Origin: Octopus bimaculoides
Taxonomy: Eukaryota
Direction: 5' to 3'
DNA: 60,148 bases
NCBI RefSeq assembly: GCF_001194135.2
Contig: NC_068983.1
Coordinates: forward strand, 107,357,832-107,417,979
Below the pieces are notes generated by a model. It was not told where the DNA came from and did not search any database. It worked only from the letters and a program-made list of their open reading frames with translations. Below, piece after piece: positions 25,072 through 36,914 of the stretch. Each line of letters begins with the position of its first letter. Position 1 is the stretch's first letter. Made by a program: the position numbers and the translations under genes.

Positions 25072-25907
25072 GACAAAGTTGTTTGTGTGTGCAGCAGCAG
25101 CACTGGCCCAGATTTGGAAAGTGTATTTCACTTCAAACATATCTGGAATAACACTGCTGGTGCTGCTGAATGCACAAACATCCTAGAACACACTTCAAAA
25201 AGAAAGTTAAATTGATGGTTGGCAAAGATTCACTCACCAACATGCTATAATCACTGATTCAAAGATGTATTGTGATTTCTCACTTTTATTCCAACTGCTA
25301 TGTCATCTGCTCTTGCTAATTAACAAGCTACATAGTGTGCTTTACCTTTACCAAACTTGGCACTAAGCCCTGCAATTCCCTCTCAGCAATTATTTCCCTC
25401 GATGTGGCAGGCTACTGATGTTTAGCATTAACTATATCAATCTGAATAGTATGGGAAAACTCTGAAAATGTCATAGGTACTTAAGTTTTTTTTTAACTAA
25501 CTTGAATAAATAAATAAATCCATGTACCAGGTGCTAACTGCTCCATTAGTTGGCTTGTATGAAACTCAAACCACAAATTCCATTTAAATGGAATTCTTTT
25601 GTTGTTCTTGTTGATATGTTGTCTTTGTGTACAGCTTGTCCATTTCTATGGGGAAAATCAGTAACAAACAAGCTATAGTCAATTTAAGCTTTTTCATGAG
25701 ACTAAAAAGGATGAAAAGTAATTGAAATCTTTTACTTACAAAAGTTCCAGATAACATTTGTATTTTTAAGCTTTTCGTTGTTTTGCTTTTTTCATTTATG
25801 ACAAAGGATTTTCCATTAAATACAAAAGTCCATGCATTTTCTTTATTCTTATCATTATTATTATTGAGTGAGAGAACAGTGCATTATTATCATTATTATT
25901 ATTATTA

Positions 25908-25949
<42 letters not shown>

Positions 25950-25951
<2 letters not shown>

Positions 25952-26502
25952 GAGTGAGAGGGCAGTACATACCATCAAAGTGACACTGGGGTAAAATATA
26001 CGATGTCTAGTATACCCATCATGACTACTCATCTAAGGGTATGTCAGGCACATGCATCACAACCATATGTGCACAACATGATGATCTCATATCAAGACTA
26101 ACAGCACAAGACCTTTCAGGTAGGGCCCAGTTAAAATTTTCTTCAGGTCAAGTAGCCCATCCCACTCAAAAGGTCCCCGAATAAGGGTTGTTTAAGGATG
26201 TTGAACAAAACACCCATGTTTCCAGAGGTGAATTATCCAAACCTTAAAGAATTCCTCTCAACACATGGCTTTAATGCTCTCCCACTACTTCTGCTCATGA
26301 TCAGAGATGCACATATCGTCAGCCACTAAGGGACATGCTCAAATGGTTAAGGTCAAACAACTGACTAGCAAATCTATGGTACTGAGCAGAATATTTGCTG
26401 TAGCCCCTCTTTTATACCAAAACAAAACAATGTACATGATTACACTTCCAATCAGTTAAGATAAGAAACCATGAAAGCCACTACCTGGCACTGCATCAGA
26501 GC

Positions 26503-26503
<1 letters not shown>
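25950..26503. mobile_element. ~550-bp non-coding element embedded in (ATT)n
   Basis: (ATT)n on both sides. Its left end gagtgagag..cagt recurs at ~25865 and ~26547, each time next to (ATT)n. Confidence 0.7.
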
Positions 26504-26544
<41 letters not shown>

Positions 26545-26607
26545 GATTGAATGAGAGACCAGTGCCATTGGGGTAAAATATCCGAAGCCCAGTATACCCA
26601 TTATGAT

Positions 26608-27021
26608 CTGTTTGAGAAAGGAAATTGAGAGTGGAGAGGGAAGTGCTGTCCTCAAGTGAGTTTGTTGAAAGGTGGGTGAAATTTGTGAAAAATGGCAAGA
26701 GTGGATGGTACCTGAGTGGATGGTATCTCTCTCAGTAAGCTGGAGATAAGGAACTGAGAGGGCACTTGTTCTTGGTTCCTCAATTATTCCTAGAGGTCTT
26801 CCTGTATCAGGAAGGCTACATCTCTATCATCCTCCTCATCACATTTTTTTGTTTTTTAAACCTTTGTATGGTATGCATATGTCCCTTCTTTATTAGTGTA
26901 TACTTCTTTCCTTCTTTCCTTCTTTTTTGTTTATCATTTCATTATATGTAAACTCTCACACTTTATGTCTATCTGTGTATTGATCTCCTTATCCTTCACC
27001 CTTGTGGCAAATAAATGAAAT
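26608..27021 (+). mobile_element. Probable L1/Tx1-clade LINE 3' end
   Basis: RKLRVEREVLSSSEFVERWVKF resembles a Tx1 ORF2 C-terminus. Pyrimidine-rich 3' UTR, aataaa near 27010, then (att)n. Confidence 0.55.
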
Positions 27022-27040
27022 CATTATTATTATTATTACT

Positions 27041-27425
27041 ATTCTCATCTTTCAATTCTGTTTCCATTTCTTGCCAAGTGTCGTTTTGACACCTAAACAG
27101 AGAAACTCACTGTATACGTTGGTAGGCCATTAAAATAAACACACCAGATTGTTCATCCACTATGTCATGTGATAGAGAAAAAGGGGAAGAAAGACAGAGA
27201 AAAAGTAAAAAAAAAAAATTAGGAAATAAAAAATAAAAAAGTAAACAAATAAAATAAAGGGGAAAAGAAGGAAAGAAAATCCACAGTGACAACGCTCTTC
27301 TCAGTACGTGTGATGTACCAGTTAAGGCAATCTTTTGCACTTGCTGCATAGATGGTAAGCCAGGGATCATTCTTAGATAATTTTCAGTTCCATTTTTTTT
27401 TTATCAAATGCTCTTACAATCACTG
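27041..27425 (-). mobile_element. R4/Dong-clade 3' end
   Basis: NYLRMIPGLPSMQQVQKIALTGTSHVLRRALSL* followed by a 3' UTR, with (AAT)n at the 3' junction. Confidence 0.8.
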
Positions 27426-27470
27426 GTATTATTATTGCTATTATTAGCTATTATTATTATTATGATTATT

Positions 27471-27511
<41 letters not shown>

Positions 27512-27527
27512 TATTATTATTATTATT

Positions 27528-28322
27528 GCCTTTGCACAGCTTCTAACGCTGGAGATGTACTATGGTGTCAGCTGTTCACTACCAGTGAATTTAGGTAACA
27601 CCCATTTCCATTCTGATATCAGCACTGAAGGTATACACCGTATCAACGTGGGAACTGCCTTAGGATTCATCTTTACCATAAAGTTTGAGGTCCTCCATGA
27701 ATAACAAATGGTTGACTTTTTATTGGCGGCTTTTGAATACATACCCAGCTTTTGCTTTCCTCAGAATCAGTGTTAGTGGNNNNNNNNNNTTGGCGGCTTT
27801 TGAATACATACCCAGCTTTTGCTTTCCTCAGAATCAGTGTTAGTGGTATCAAGCACAGTACAAAGATCAGTGGGGACAGGCAGTCCCCTTGGAAGATGCC
27901 CCTTCTGATTTCTACTGTCTCAAAACTTCTTCTGTATGCTGTCAGGTCCGTCCTCCAAGTCACCATACTTTTTCCAAGCAATCGCTCAACATTCGATGCA
28001 ATACCAAATAGGTTCATACATTCAATAATCCAAGATTGTGGCATCATATCGCACACCTCATGATAGTCAATGCAAGACATGGCTAAGCTACTTTTCCTCC
28101 TTTTGCAATCTCTAAGTACCGTTTTGTCTATCAGGAGTTGATCCTTGGTACCTCTGCACTTACACTTGCAACCCTTCTGCTCGTGTGGCAGATCACCATT
28201 TTTTTCCAGATGTTCGTACATTGACTCTGTCAGTATTCCAGTAGAATGATTTCCACATAAGTGGCAAACAGGATATCGGCCTGTAATTGTCTACCATATT
28301 GCCTTTTTCGATGATTTTCAAA
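27528..28322 (-). mobile_element. R4/Dong-clade RT fragment, 5'-truncated and internally deleted
   Basis: [68 protein letters not shown]. (AAT)n at both ends. Confidence 0.9.
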
Positions 28323-28326
28323 TTAC

Positions 28327-28365
<39 letters not shown>

Positions 28366-28374
28366 CATTTTTAT

Positions 28375-28570
28375 TAAGGTAGTGAGCTAGCAGAATTGCT
28401 AATAGATCGAACAAAATACTTTGTGGCATTCCTTGTAGCTCTTTATGTTCTGATTTCAAATTCTGCAGGGGTCGACGTTGCCTTTCATCCTTTGATGGTC
28501 AACAAAATAGTACCAGTTGAGCACTGGGGCTGCTCCCTAAAATTGCTGATCTTGTGAAAATATTCAAAAT
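28375..28570 (+). mobile_element. SINE family B
   Basis: ggtagtgagctagcagaattg...gtcgacgttgcctttcatcctttgatggtcaacaaaatagtaccagtt. Confidence 0.8.
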
Positions 28571-28605
28571 CATTTTTAACTATTACTTTAACCATATGTC
28601 ATTAA

Positions 28606-28826
28606 CCTTTTAGCATTCAAACTGGCCATATCCAACCCAAATATTCTACCTTGATTTATGCTCAAGCCAACCAGATTCGGCCTCTCATGCTTACCCTACA
28701 ATGTCACTCTAAAAATAAACAAACATATAATCAAAATCTCAAAGTTACAAGATAATGCTTGATTAATTCAAAAGAATGTTAATTAATAAGCATAACATTT
28801 GACAGAGTAACCCAAATGCTAAAGGG
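28606..28826. mobile_element. piggyBac-type MITE
   Basis: TTAA at 28602-28605 and 28827-28830. TIR ccttttagcatt / aatgctaaaggg. Confidence 0.85.
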
Positions 28827-29712
28827 TTAAGTACCTTAAACAGTAGAAAGATAAACTAAATGTCTTAACATTTTGAGCACCAGACACCCATCCCACTCCA
28901 CTGCCAGGCCTGACTTTGCCTTATTCTTATTAATCTAAGTTACAATCATGTACTGGGTTTTGTTAGTCCTCCCATAACCCTCTCTCTTAGTGTCTATTAG
29001 AAGTCAACTAAGCCTTCTGGATTAATACCCACATTAGAGTCTAATTGAAGAAAAGGTTGAGCACCAATCTAAATATCTCATATTACGCTCATTTTTAGTT
29101 ATATTATGAATTTAAACTGTGGTAAAGAAAAAATAATGACAAATTTAGCCATGTTTTTAATATCGCTAAGTAATAGTATACTAATTAAAAATTTGTTGTC
29201 TTTCTGTAAGTAAATATAGGTGAAATAAAGGACAGTGGATACAAATGAGAGAGCTGAGAGATGTCTTATTAATGTGGACCTAATGAGGACCTCTGGACAC
29301 AATAAGAAAAGTCTCTAGGAAAAGAACTCAAAATCCAGGTTTATATAGGTTGGCTAAAAGCCTCAAGGATGTTTCATTTGATATGAAGGCATAAAAATTA
29401 AAACTTTTTTTTTTGGTCACCCTATCAAATCTAAAGCAACTGGCTGGATAAAAGTGTAAACAGGCATTTCGATAAGGTTCAAAGATATATCACAGCAAGC
29501 ACTGGTCAACATTTCAAAATATGGTAATGCCTATCACAAGTGGGTTTAACTTTGAATCTAAATGTAGGTTTGAATCTGCAAAAGCTATCTGCTTCTGGAA
29601 TCTCCTAGCTGTGCATTTTTTATAAGACAAATGAATGAAATCAAGGAATGAAACTACATGTGTATGTTAATGCTTGTAATGAATGTAATAAACTTTAAGA
29701 ATGCAAATTAAC

Positions 29713-29793
29713 CTTTAGCACACTGTATGCGCATCATGTCACCATATGAGTTTCCTCCTTTGTAGTAACAGGCCAGTAGCAGGGGAATGAAGT
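29713..29793 (-). CDS. Candidate 81-nt exon (phase 1-1)
   Basis: Minus strand actttctctag|ACTTC...GCTAAAG|gttaat. Only phase 1 is open (xFIPLLLACYYKGGNSYGDMMRIQCAKx). Locally GC-rich; no homology recognised. Confidence 0.4.
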
Positions 29794-30149
29794 CTAGAGA
29801 AAGTACATGTTAAAAGTTAAATATACAAATACCAAGTAAAATAACAGGAAATGAAATTATTCAATTCAGTCCTTAATGTATTGAACTTTTGGAAAACATT
29901 CTTATATAAAAATAGTCATTAAAAATTACGGAATGAATAAGATGTATAAGCATTTAATTGCAAGTTAATTTGCTAATAGTGTGTGCCTGAAAATGCTTAT
30001 GCAACAATGGTGGTGACATAGCTGGTGAAAATATTTTGCCTGTGCGAGGTAGTCTGTTTACTCTGAAGGAAATCTGAGATACATCACTGTCACAGTCAGA
30101 AAGGAAAATTTGTAGAAGTTGAAAAATGTTTGCATACTTTCTGTATATA

Positions 30150-31490
30150 AAGCAAAGATGATGACAGTGATCATGGTGGACTATTTGATAGGATATGTCG
30201 AGATGAGTTGTAAATGTGAACTTGTACTTTAATAATAGCCTTAGAATTCTATAGAATTGAAAAGCAGTTGCAAGTGAAAAAGCTGGTATGATGTAAATTT
30301 GAGGTAGCTGTTTTCAATATACTTTGATGGTTTAAGAAAAGCAATGATGGAGCACTGTTTTCTATGGTTTTTCATGAAGATAAAGATAATCTGGTTGTCA
30401 GCAGTGATGGGATGGAGACTTGTGTTTGTTTAATGTTGTCTTGTTTGATGGTCATAAAGACAACATGGCTTGTGTCTGATGATGGTCATTTCAAACATTT
30501 CAGTTAAGTTGCCTGGGTAAGAAGTGACTTGAGGACGTTTTATGATGGTATTTTTGCAAATGCCAACTAAATGGCAAATGTTTCAAAATTGTAAAGAGAG
30601 ATTTTTTTTTTACAGTAACTGACAGAATAATTCACATTTTCAGACTCATGTGTCTCAGTGAAATTAGCTGGCTAAAAACTTCCATTTGAAGTAGTCATCC
30701 ACTTGTTGCAAATGGACAAAGTAGGATGAGTAATTGTAAGATTGGTGTGATTATAACAGTTGCTTGTATCCATTCATATGATCAATGCTTATGCAATTTC
30801 TTGAGGTGGCTTAGTCTGTGCAAAGGAATGAAAGATGTGAGCACAAGAACTTGAATTAAGCTATAGTTAGCTGTTGTTTCAGCAAGGTTATGGTGCAAAG
30901 TGAACTTAACAGTAACAAAATCATGGTCAGTAGTGTTTGAGGCAGTGAACCACATGCTGGTAATAGATCGAAATAAACCATGAAGCGATTTGGAAATGAA
31001 GATAAAATGGAAGGAGAGCTACATTTGGTGAAGTTGTATCTGTCAAACTTACTGCACCGATATAGCTGACATGCTGCTGTGCTGTTATATCATGTGAAGC
31101 TGTGTCTTGAGGTCTGTATTGTTCTTAGTCACGATTTATCAAATTGTATATGAAGCTATATTGGTTGTGCATCTGTGAATGAGTGATGCTAGTCGCTTCT
31201 TTTTTAGGAGGTGCAGGTTTAATATGTCCACATCAGGCCTCCATATCTCAACAGTTCAGTTCTTAGTTGATGTTAAGATGCTTATTAAAAGTTGCACTTC
31301 TAGCTTCAGAAGAAATTTTATTTGCTGTAAAATGTGCCTGAAACTGGGCAAAATATTCTGCAAGATTACTACTCCAGGACATAGGAGTTGAAAATGAAAT
31401 GCCAATCTAGGGTTGTAGGAACGTATTTGAGTATGTTGCTGAGTATTTTTATCTACTTCAAGTATAACATCTGCTTAATCACTTGATTTT
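30150..31490 (-). pseudogene. Heavily decayed LINE (APE endonuclease region, RTE/L1-like)
   Basis: Minus-strand fragments such as SNTTDHDFVTVKF recall the APE SDH..V motif region. Many stops. Confidence 0.4.
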
Positions 31491-31507
31491 CTTGACATGA
31501 AATTAAT

Positions 31508-31900
31508 GGAGTGGCTGTGTGGTAGGTAGCTTGGTTACCAACCACATGTTCTGGGTTCAGTCGCACTGCGTGGCACCTTGGGCAAGTGTCTTCTACTATA
31601 GCCTCGGGATGACCAAAGCCTTGTGACTGGATTTGGTAGATGGAAACTGAAAGAAGCCCGTCGTATATATGTATATATATATATATATATGTATGTGTTT
31701 GTGTGTCTGTGTTTGTCCCCCCAACATCGCTTGACAACCAATGCTGGTGTGTTTACGTACCTGTAACTTAGTGGTTTGGCAAAACAGACCGATAGAATAA
31801 GTACTAGGCTTCCAAAGAATAAGTCCTGGGGTCGATTTGCTCGACTAAAGGTGGTGCTCTAGCATGGCCGCAGTCAAATGACTGAAACAAGTAAAAGACT
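31508..31900 (+). mobile_element. SINE family A
   Basis: ggagtggctgtgtggtagg...ggcaagtgtcttctactatagcctcgg...(TA)n...gactgaaacaagtaaaaga. Confidence 0.92.
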
Positions 31901-32115
31901 AATAGATTAGCAGAATTATTAATGAATCAGGCAAAATACTTCGTGGAATTTATTTACAACTCTATATAGTCTCAGTTCAAATCTCACTGAAGTCAACTTT
32001 GTCTTTCGTTATCCAGGGCTGATAAAATAAAGTACCAGTTTCATAACGGAATTGATTTAATCGACTAAGCCATCTCACTAAAATTTCTCTCTTTGTGCCT
32101 GTGTTAAAAACAAAT
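31901..32115 (+). mobile_element. SINE family B (diverged)
   Basis: ttagcagaattatt...cagttcaaatctcactgaagtcaactttg...ctgataaaataaagtaccagtt. Confidence 0.7.
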
Positions 32116-32134
32116 ATCGCAGATAACCTTGTTT

Positions 32135-32311
32135 TTGTTGAACAATTCAATCCCCAGGACTTAAATTAAGGCCTAATACTTATTCTGTCTCTTTACTGAA
32201 ACGCTAAATTATGGGGATGTAAACACACCAACTCCAGTTGTCAAGTGATGATGGGGATACACAGACACAAAGACACACATAGAATACATACATACATACA
32301 TACATATGCAT

Positions 32312-32379
<68 letters not shown>

Positions 32380-32549
32380 TGGACTTCTTTCATTCTTTCA
32401 GTTTCTGTCTAACAAATCCACTCACAAGGCTTTGGTCATCCCAAAGCCATAATAGAAGACACTTGCCCAAGGTGCAATGCAGTAGGATTGAACCTGGAAC
32501 AATGTGGTTGGGAAGTAGGCTTCTTACCACAACAGCCATGCCTGCACCT
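32135..32549 (-). mobile_element. SINE family A
   Basis: Minus-strand copy ending accacaacagccatgcctgcaccta. Confidence 0.88.
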
Positions 32550-35500
32550 ATTATTATTATTAATAAGAATTGTATAAAAAATTAATAAATTTTGTGATTT
32601 GTTGAAGTGTAACAAATTTATTGCCGATAGATTTTAACAACAAAATCTTATGTGGACCCCAGTTGAGAACCACTGGTGTAGAGGCTCTCTTTTTGATCTG
32701 TTGCATTTGTTGCTGTGATTCTTTGCTGTTATTTTGTAGTCACTGACATCCCTATTTCAGTAAACCTTTGGGGAAATGGCAGTGGCCTACTCTGTAGCCG
32801 TGGTCAGTCTTTTCTATTGCAATATTTTGATCTTATATTTCTATTTCAGCTATTGAGTCTGTTTTATATACAGTATGGAATTTGGGGGTTAGGAGAAATA
32901 TGTATACAGTAATGAACAGATTGTTGTTTTTGTTTAGTCCTGATTTGGCAGAAGTCTGATCAAATGCATTATAATCTGGGTCACTCCATATTAATTTACA
33001 CACATAGTCTGTCAGGATCTGCATTGTCCAATGTGACCTTCCTTATAAAAGACAGTGGGGTATAACTTGAAAGAGTTCTGGTTATTTCTAGCAGGCAAAC
33101 AACTACTTGAAGAGACTCTCTTGTTGGCTCAGCACTGAACAAGTAGAGCAATTATGCAGAAAGGTCAGTTGGCTTGTAAGCCTCCTTGGTGTCTGATTCA
33201 CATGCATCAAGCAATGCTGTATTGAAAGAACCAATTCTTTCATAAAGAGGACCAATTTTCAATGAAGTGTTGCTGCCTCCTTTCATATCTATAAATAAAA
33301 AAAATTGAGATTGAATTTTGTTTTCAACAGTCTTGGTTAACTATTTTCTTTTTTTTTTTACTTTTTAATAGACACCTTATTTTAGTTTCAATATCTTGAA
33401 GCAATGCTTTCGTTATATATATTTCTGCTTTTTTAGCTTTTGATTTACTTGTTTAGATTCATTTTGAAAACTTATTTTGTTTTCATATAACTACTGATCT
33501 GTCTCATGGAATGATATTTTTATAAGGTCTAATTTTCATCTATAGAACATTCAGTGACAAGCTTGCATATGTATGCATGTATGTATGTATGTATGTATGT
33601 ATGTATGTATGTATGTATGTATTTATATATGTATGTTCATAAAAACACACATACATGCACACACATCCCTTTTTTTAAAAACTAAACTAAGAAAAGAGAT
33701 TATCTCTGCAATTCCAATAACTAGAAGAATGCAACATCAAAAAGCACTGTACAAAAAAAATGAGAAAAAGAAAGGAAAACATAAAAAAAAAGGTATCTTT
33801 GCTGAAAATATTAAACCCTGAAAGCTATATAGCTTCATAAAAATACCCTTACTGAAAGAAAGAAAGAAAAAAACGACATTGGAGAAACATGTTGCACCAG
33901 CTATGGAGATAGAAACTGATTTGATTGATTTAGAGATAGGAAAGATAGTAATCTAGTTCTCAATTTTAGTGTTAGTACAATCTTCCAAAGAAACAGAAAT
34001 CACTGAACCTTAACAGCTAATTTAATTAGTTTATGTTAACAACTGACTCTCCACATCTAATATATTTTCCTGCTTTATCAAAGCTGATTTGGTTCATTTC
34101 ATTTTGGTTTAATAAATTAAACTAACAGTCAAGCAGTCAAATGACTACACTTATTCAACAATTTTCTCTCTTCGTCAGTTTTTTTCTTTAACTCAAACTT
34201 TCCTTAAGAAAATCAACTTATTTCTGTCATTACAGTGGAAAACAAAACTTCCTCTTGACAGTTTCCATTCAGCTTCTCTTCTCCATTCTTACTTGACACT
34301 GTCTTAGACTTTTTCAATCAAGTATCTGGCCACCTACACTTGGAATATTGTCTATAATATAACCTTTTGAGAATATTTTAAATCTAATTTTTAAAAATGT
34401 CACTATAGCCATTTTCAATTTTTATTTGAATGTATTAGTAAAAGTATTTAGTGAGTTAAGTTATGTATGCTATAGTCAGTACAAATATTGCTAGAAAATG
34501 TCAACTTAGAAAGGGAGGCCCAGGAAAACATGGGACAAAGTTTTGAAACTGGATTTCAAAACACTGACCTTACAAAGGAGATGGCAGAGGACTGAGATAT
34601 GTTGAAAGAATTGGTTCTTTCAACACAGCATTGCTTGATGCATGTGAATCAGACACCAAGGAGGCTTACAAGCCAACTGACCTTTGCAGAGATGGCAGAG
34701 GATTGAGATATGTGGAGCATTGCTATGCTCATGAAGACCTGCCTGCCACAACAGAATCGAGATCCTAAAACTGAGGTGCCACATAAAAAAGCATTGGTGT
34801 GGGTGCTGGTACCATGTAAAAAGCACCTAGTACACTCTATAAAGTGGTTTATACAAATAAACAAGAAAATGGTTTGAAGAATTTGAGAATTAATTGTAAA
34901 GTAGTATTATTGCGAGTACTAATATCTCACAGCTAAAAAGGCAGTGAATTGGCAGAGTCATAAGAATGTTAGATTGATTGCATCACAGTATTTATTCCAG
35001 CTCTCTGCCATTTGATTTCAAATTTTGCTGAAGCCTGCTTTGTATTCAGGATTGATAAATAAGCTCCAGTTTAAGATATTAAATTGGTGAAATTGTTAGT
35101 CTATCAGATTGGATGCCTTATGACATCTGTTGACATTTGTTCCAATTCTTTACATTGTGACAGCAATATTTGTGTCTACCACCAGTGTGCAGGCATTCAG
35201 TGTACTAGACCAGATCAATAATGTATGCCTCCACTTCTAACCTTATATATGTGCCCTCTTCTCCCAGTCCTACAATGAGAATTTCCTTCTCCAATTTTGG
35301 TCAACAATTTTCTTTACCCATCATCCTTGGTAAACCAGCCAGAAAATGTAGATGGAAAATTATAATTAACTTGCAAAACAAGGAAATCTATAGCTTTATG
35401 ATCATTGTATATCACAGAGAAAATCTAATACTGAGCAAAATTTGCAACATTTCATTCCCAATTTATGTGACATGTAACACCACCTCTCCATCCATTCATA

Positions 35501-36017
35501 GCCTCCACTCTTCATTCCAGGAATGATTTCACCAACTCTCTTTATTACTAAATTATCATGTCTTAAATTGGTTTTATAAATTCTATGAAAGATACTTGTG
35601 AGATCTTTTGATTTTTAGATCCTATACCACTGCCAAATTTTCCTAGTGAGCAGCACTGGCTCTGCTTGTGCCAACACTAAGTGCTAAGGCTCTAGTGGTT
35701 TTGCTTTTCTCCTGGACAACATCAGAGAGATGGAAAGACGAGATCTGCATGTATGGGAAACTGCTGGCTTTCCTCAAAAATACTTGCCCAGGATTGCAGC
35801 TTAAAAAAGAACATACATGATGAAGATCCAAATCTATTGATATATATGGAGATTCTGAATTATAATAATCAGCTAGAAATTCACTTTTTCATATGTATGA
35901 ATGGAAACACTACATTGATGGGGATTAGTTGCTAGAACTGGAGTACAGTAGAAACTGAAAATGGGTTGAATAAGAGAAAATAAAGAAGTATGCAAGAAAA
36001 TACTCTAACCAATGGTA

Positions 36018-36914
36018 CAAGGTGGTGCCAAAAGATTCCTGGACTAGTTCTATAGCATACCAATAGATGGCAGTGCACAGTTGTGTGTGCAGTGAGAGCT
36101 ATAAGTGACCTTCATGAGGCAGTGTGCCAAGTGATATCACTGTGTTTACTTTGCAAGTTGTGAAATTTGTGTTTTTGTGATCACATGTATGCTGTAGTCT
36201 GCGATTTTGTCATGGACAGGAACAAAGAGCTGACGTGAAATTTGGTATTAAACTTGGGATGTCTGCTACAGAGACATTGAACATACTTTGGCAAGCCTAC
36301 AGTGACAAGGTAACGAGCTGTATGCAATGTTTCAAGTGGCATGGCTTCAAAAGCAGAAGAATGTCCCTGGAAGATGACAAGCAATCTGGAAGATCTGCCA
36401 TGAGTGTCACCCCTCGAAACATGGTATTGTGCATTGAGAATTCATCTCCCAGGGCCAGATCATCAATCGATAGTTCTTCTGTGATGTTTTAAAGCATTTG
36501 AGGGAGAACATTCATCAAAAGTGATCAGATCTGTGGAGTGTGAAGAATTCAATTTTTCATGGTGACTGTGCACCCTGTTTGGAGCTCTCTCAAAAACAAC
36601 AGGGTATCATTTCAGCACCCATCTTAATCGCCAGATTTAGCACCTTTGGACTTCCATCTCTTCTCCGAGATAAAAATGTAGCTCAAAGGTTGCTGTTTTA
36701 ATACCATTGTCGAGATCCAGGGTGAATTGTAGAAGATCCTCAACTCTCTTACAGAAAATGACTTCTAGGTTGGATTTCAAAAGTGGCAGGAATGCTGGGA
36801 CTGGTGTATTGCTGTGCAAGGTGACTATTTCAAAGGAGACAATGTTAAAATTTAAGTGAATAAGTTATTTTTTATCAAACATATCTAGTTCGAGAGCCTT
36901 TTGATACCACCTCA
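36018..36914 (+). mobile_element. Internally deleted mariner element
   Basis: TA-flanked TIRs caaggtggtgccaaaagattcctggactag / revcomp tgaggtggtatcaaaaggctctcgaactag. N-terminal VKFGIKLGMSATETLNILWQAYSD...LEDDKQSGR; C-terminal SPDLAPLDFHLF and GDYFKGD. Confidence 0.9.

Noticed and set aside
25100-25180. Imperfect hairpin cagcagcac...gtgctgctg
   Set aside because: Pairing relies on low-complexity CAG/CTG, with a large asymmetric internal loop.
27721-27848. ~57-bp direct duplication on either side of the 10-N gap at ~27780-27789
   Set aside because: Identical sequence flanking a tiny gap is the usual contig-overlap artefact. It also creates the apparent frameshift in ORF 27673..28221.
32833-33024. 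LIWSDPD resembling the PPP phosphatase LLWSDP motif
   Set aside because: Only a short match. No other PPP motifs nearby and no good donor site in frame.
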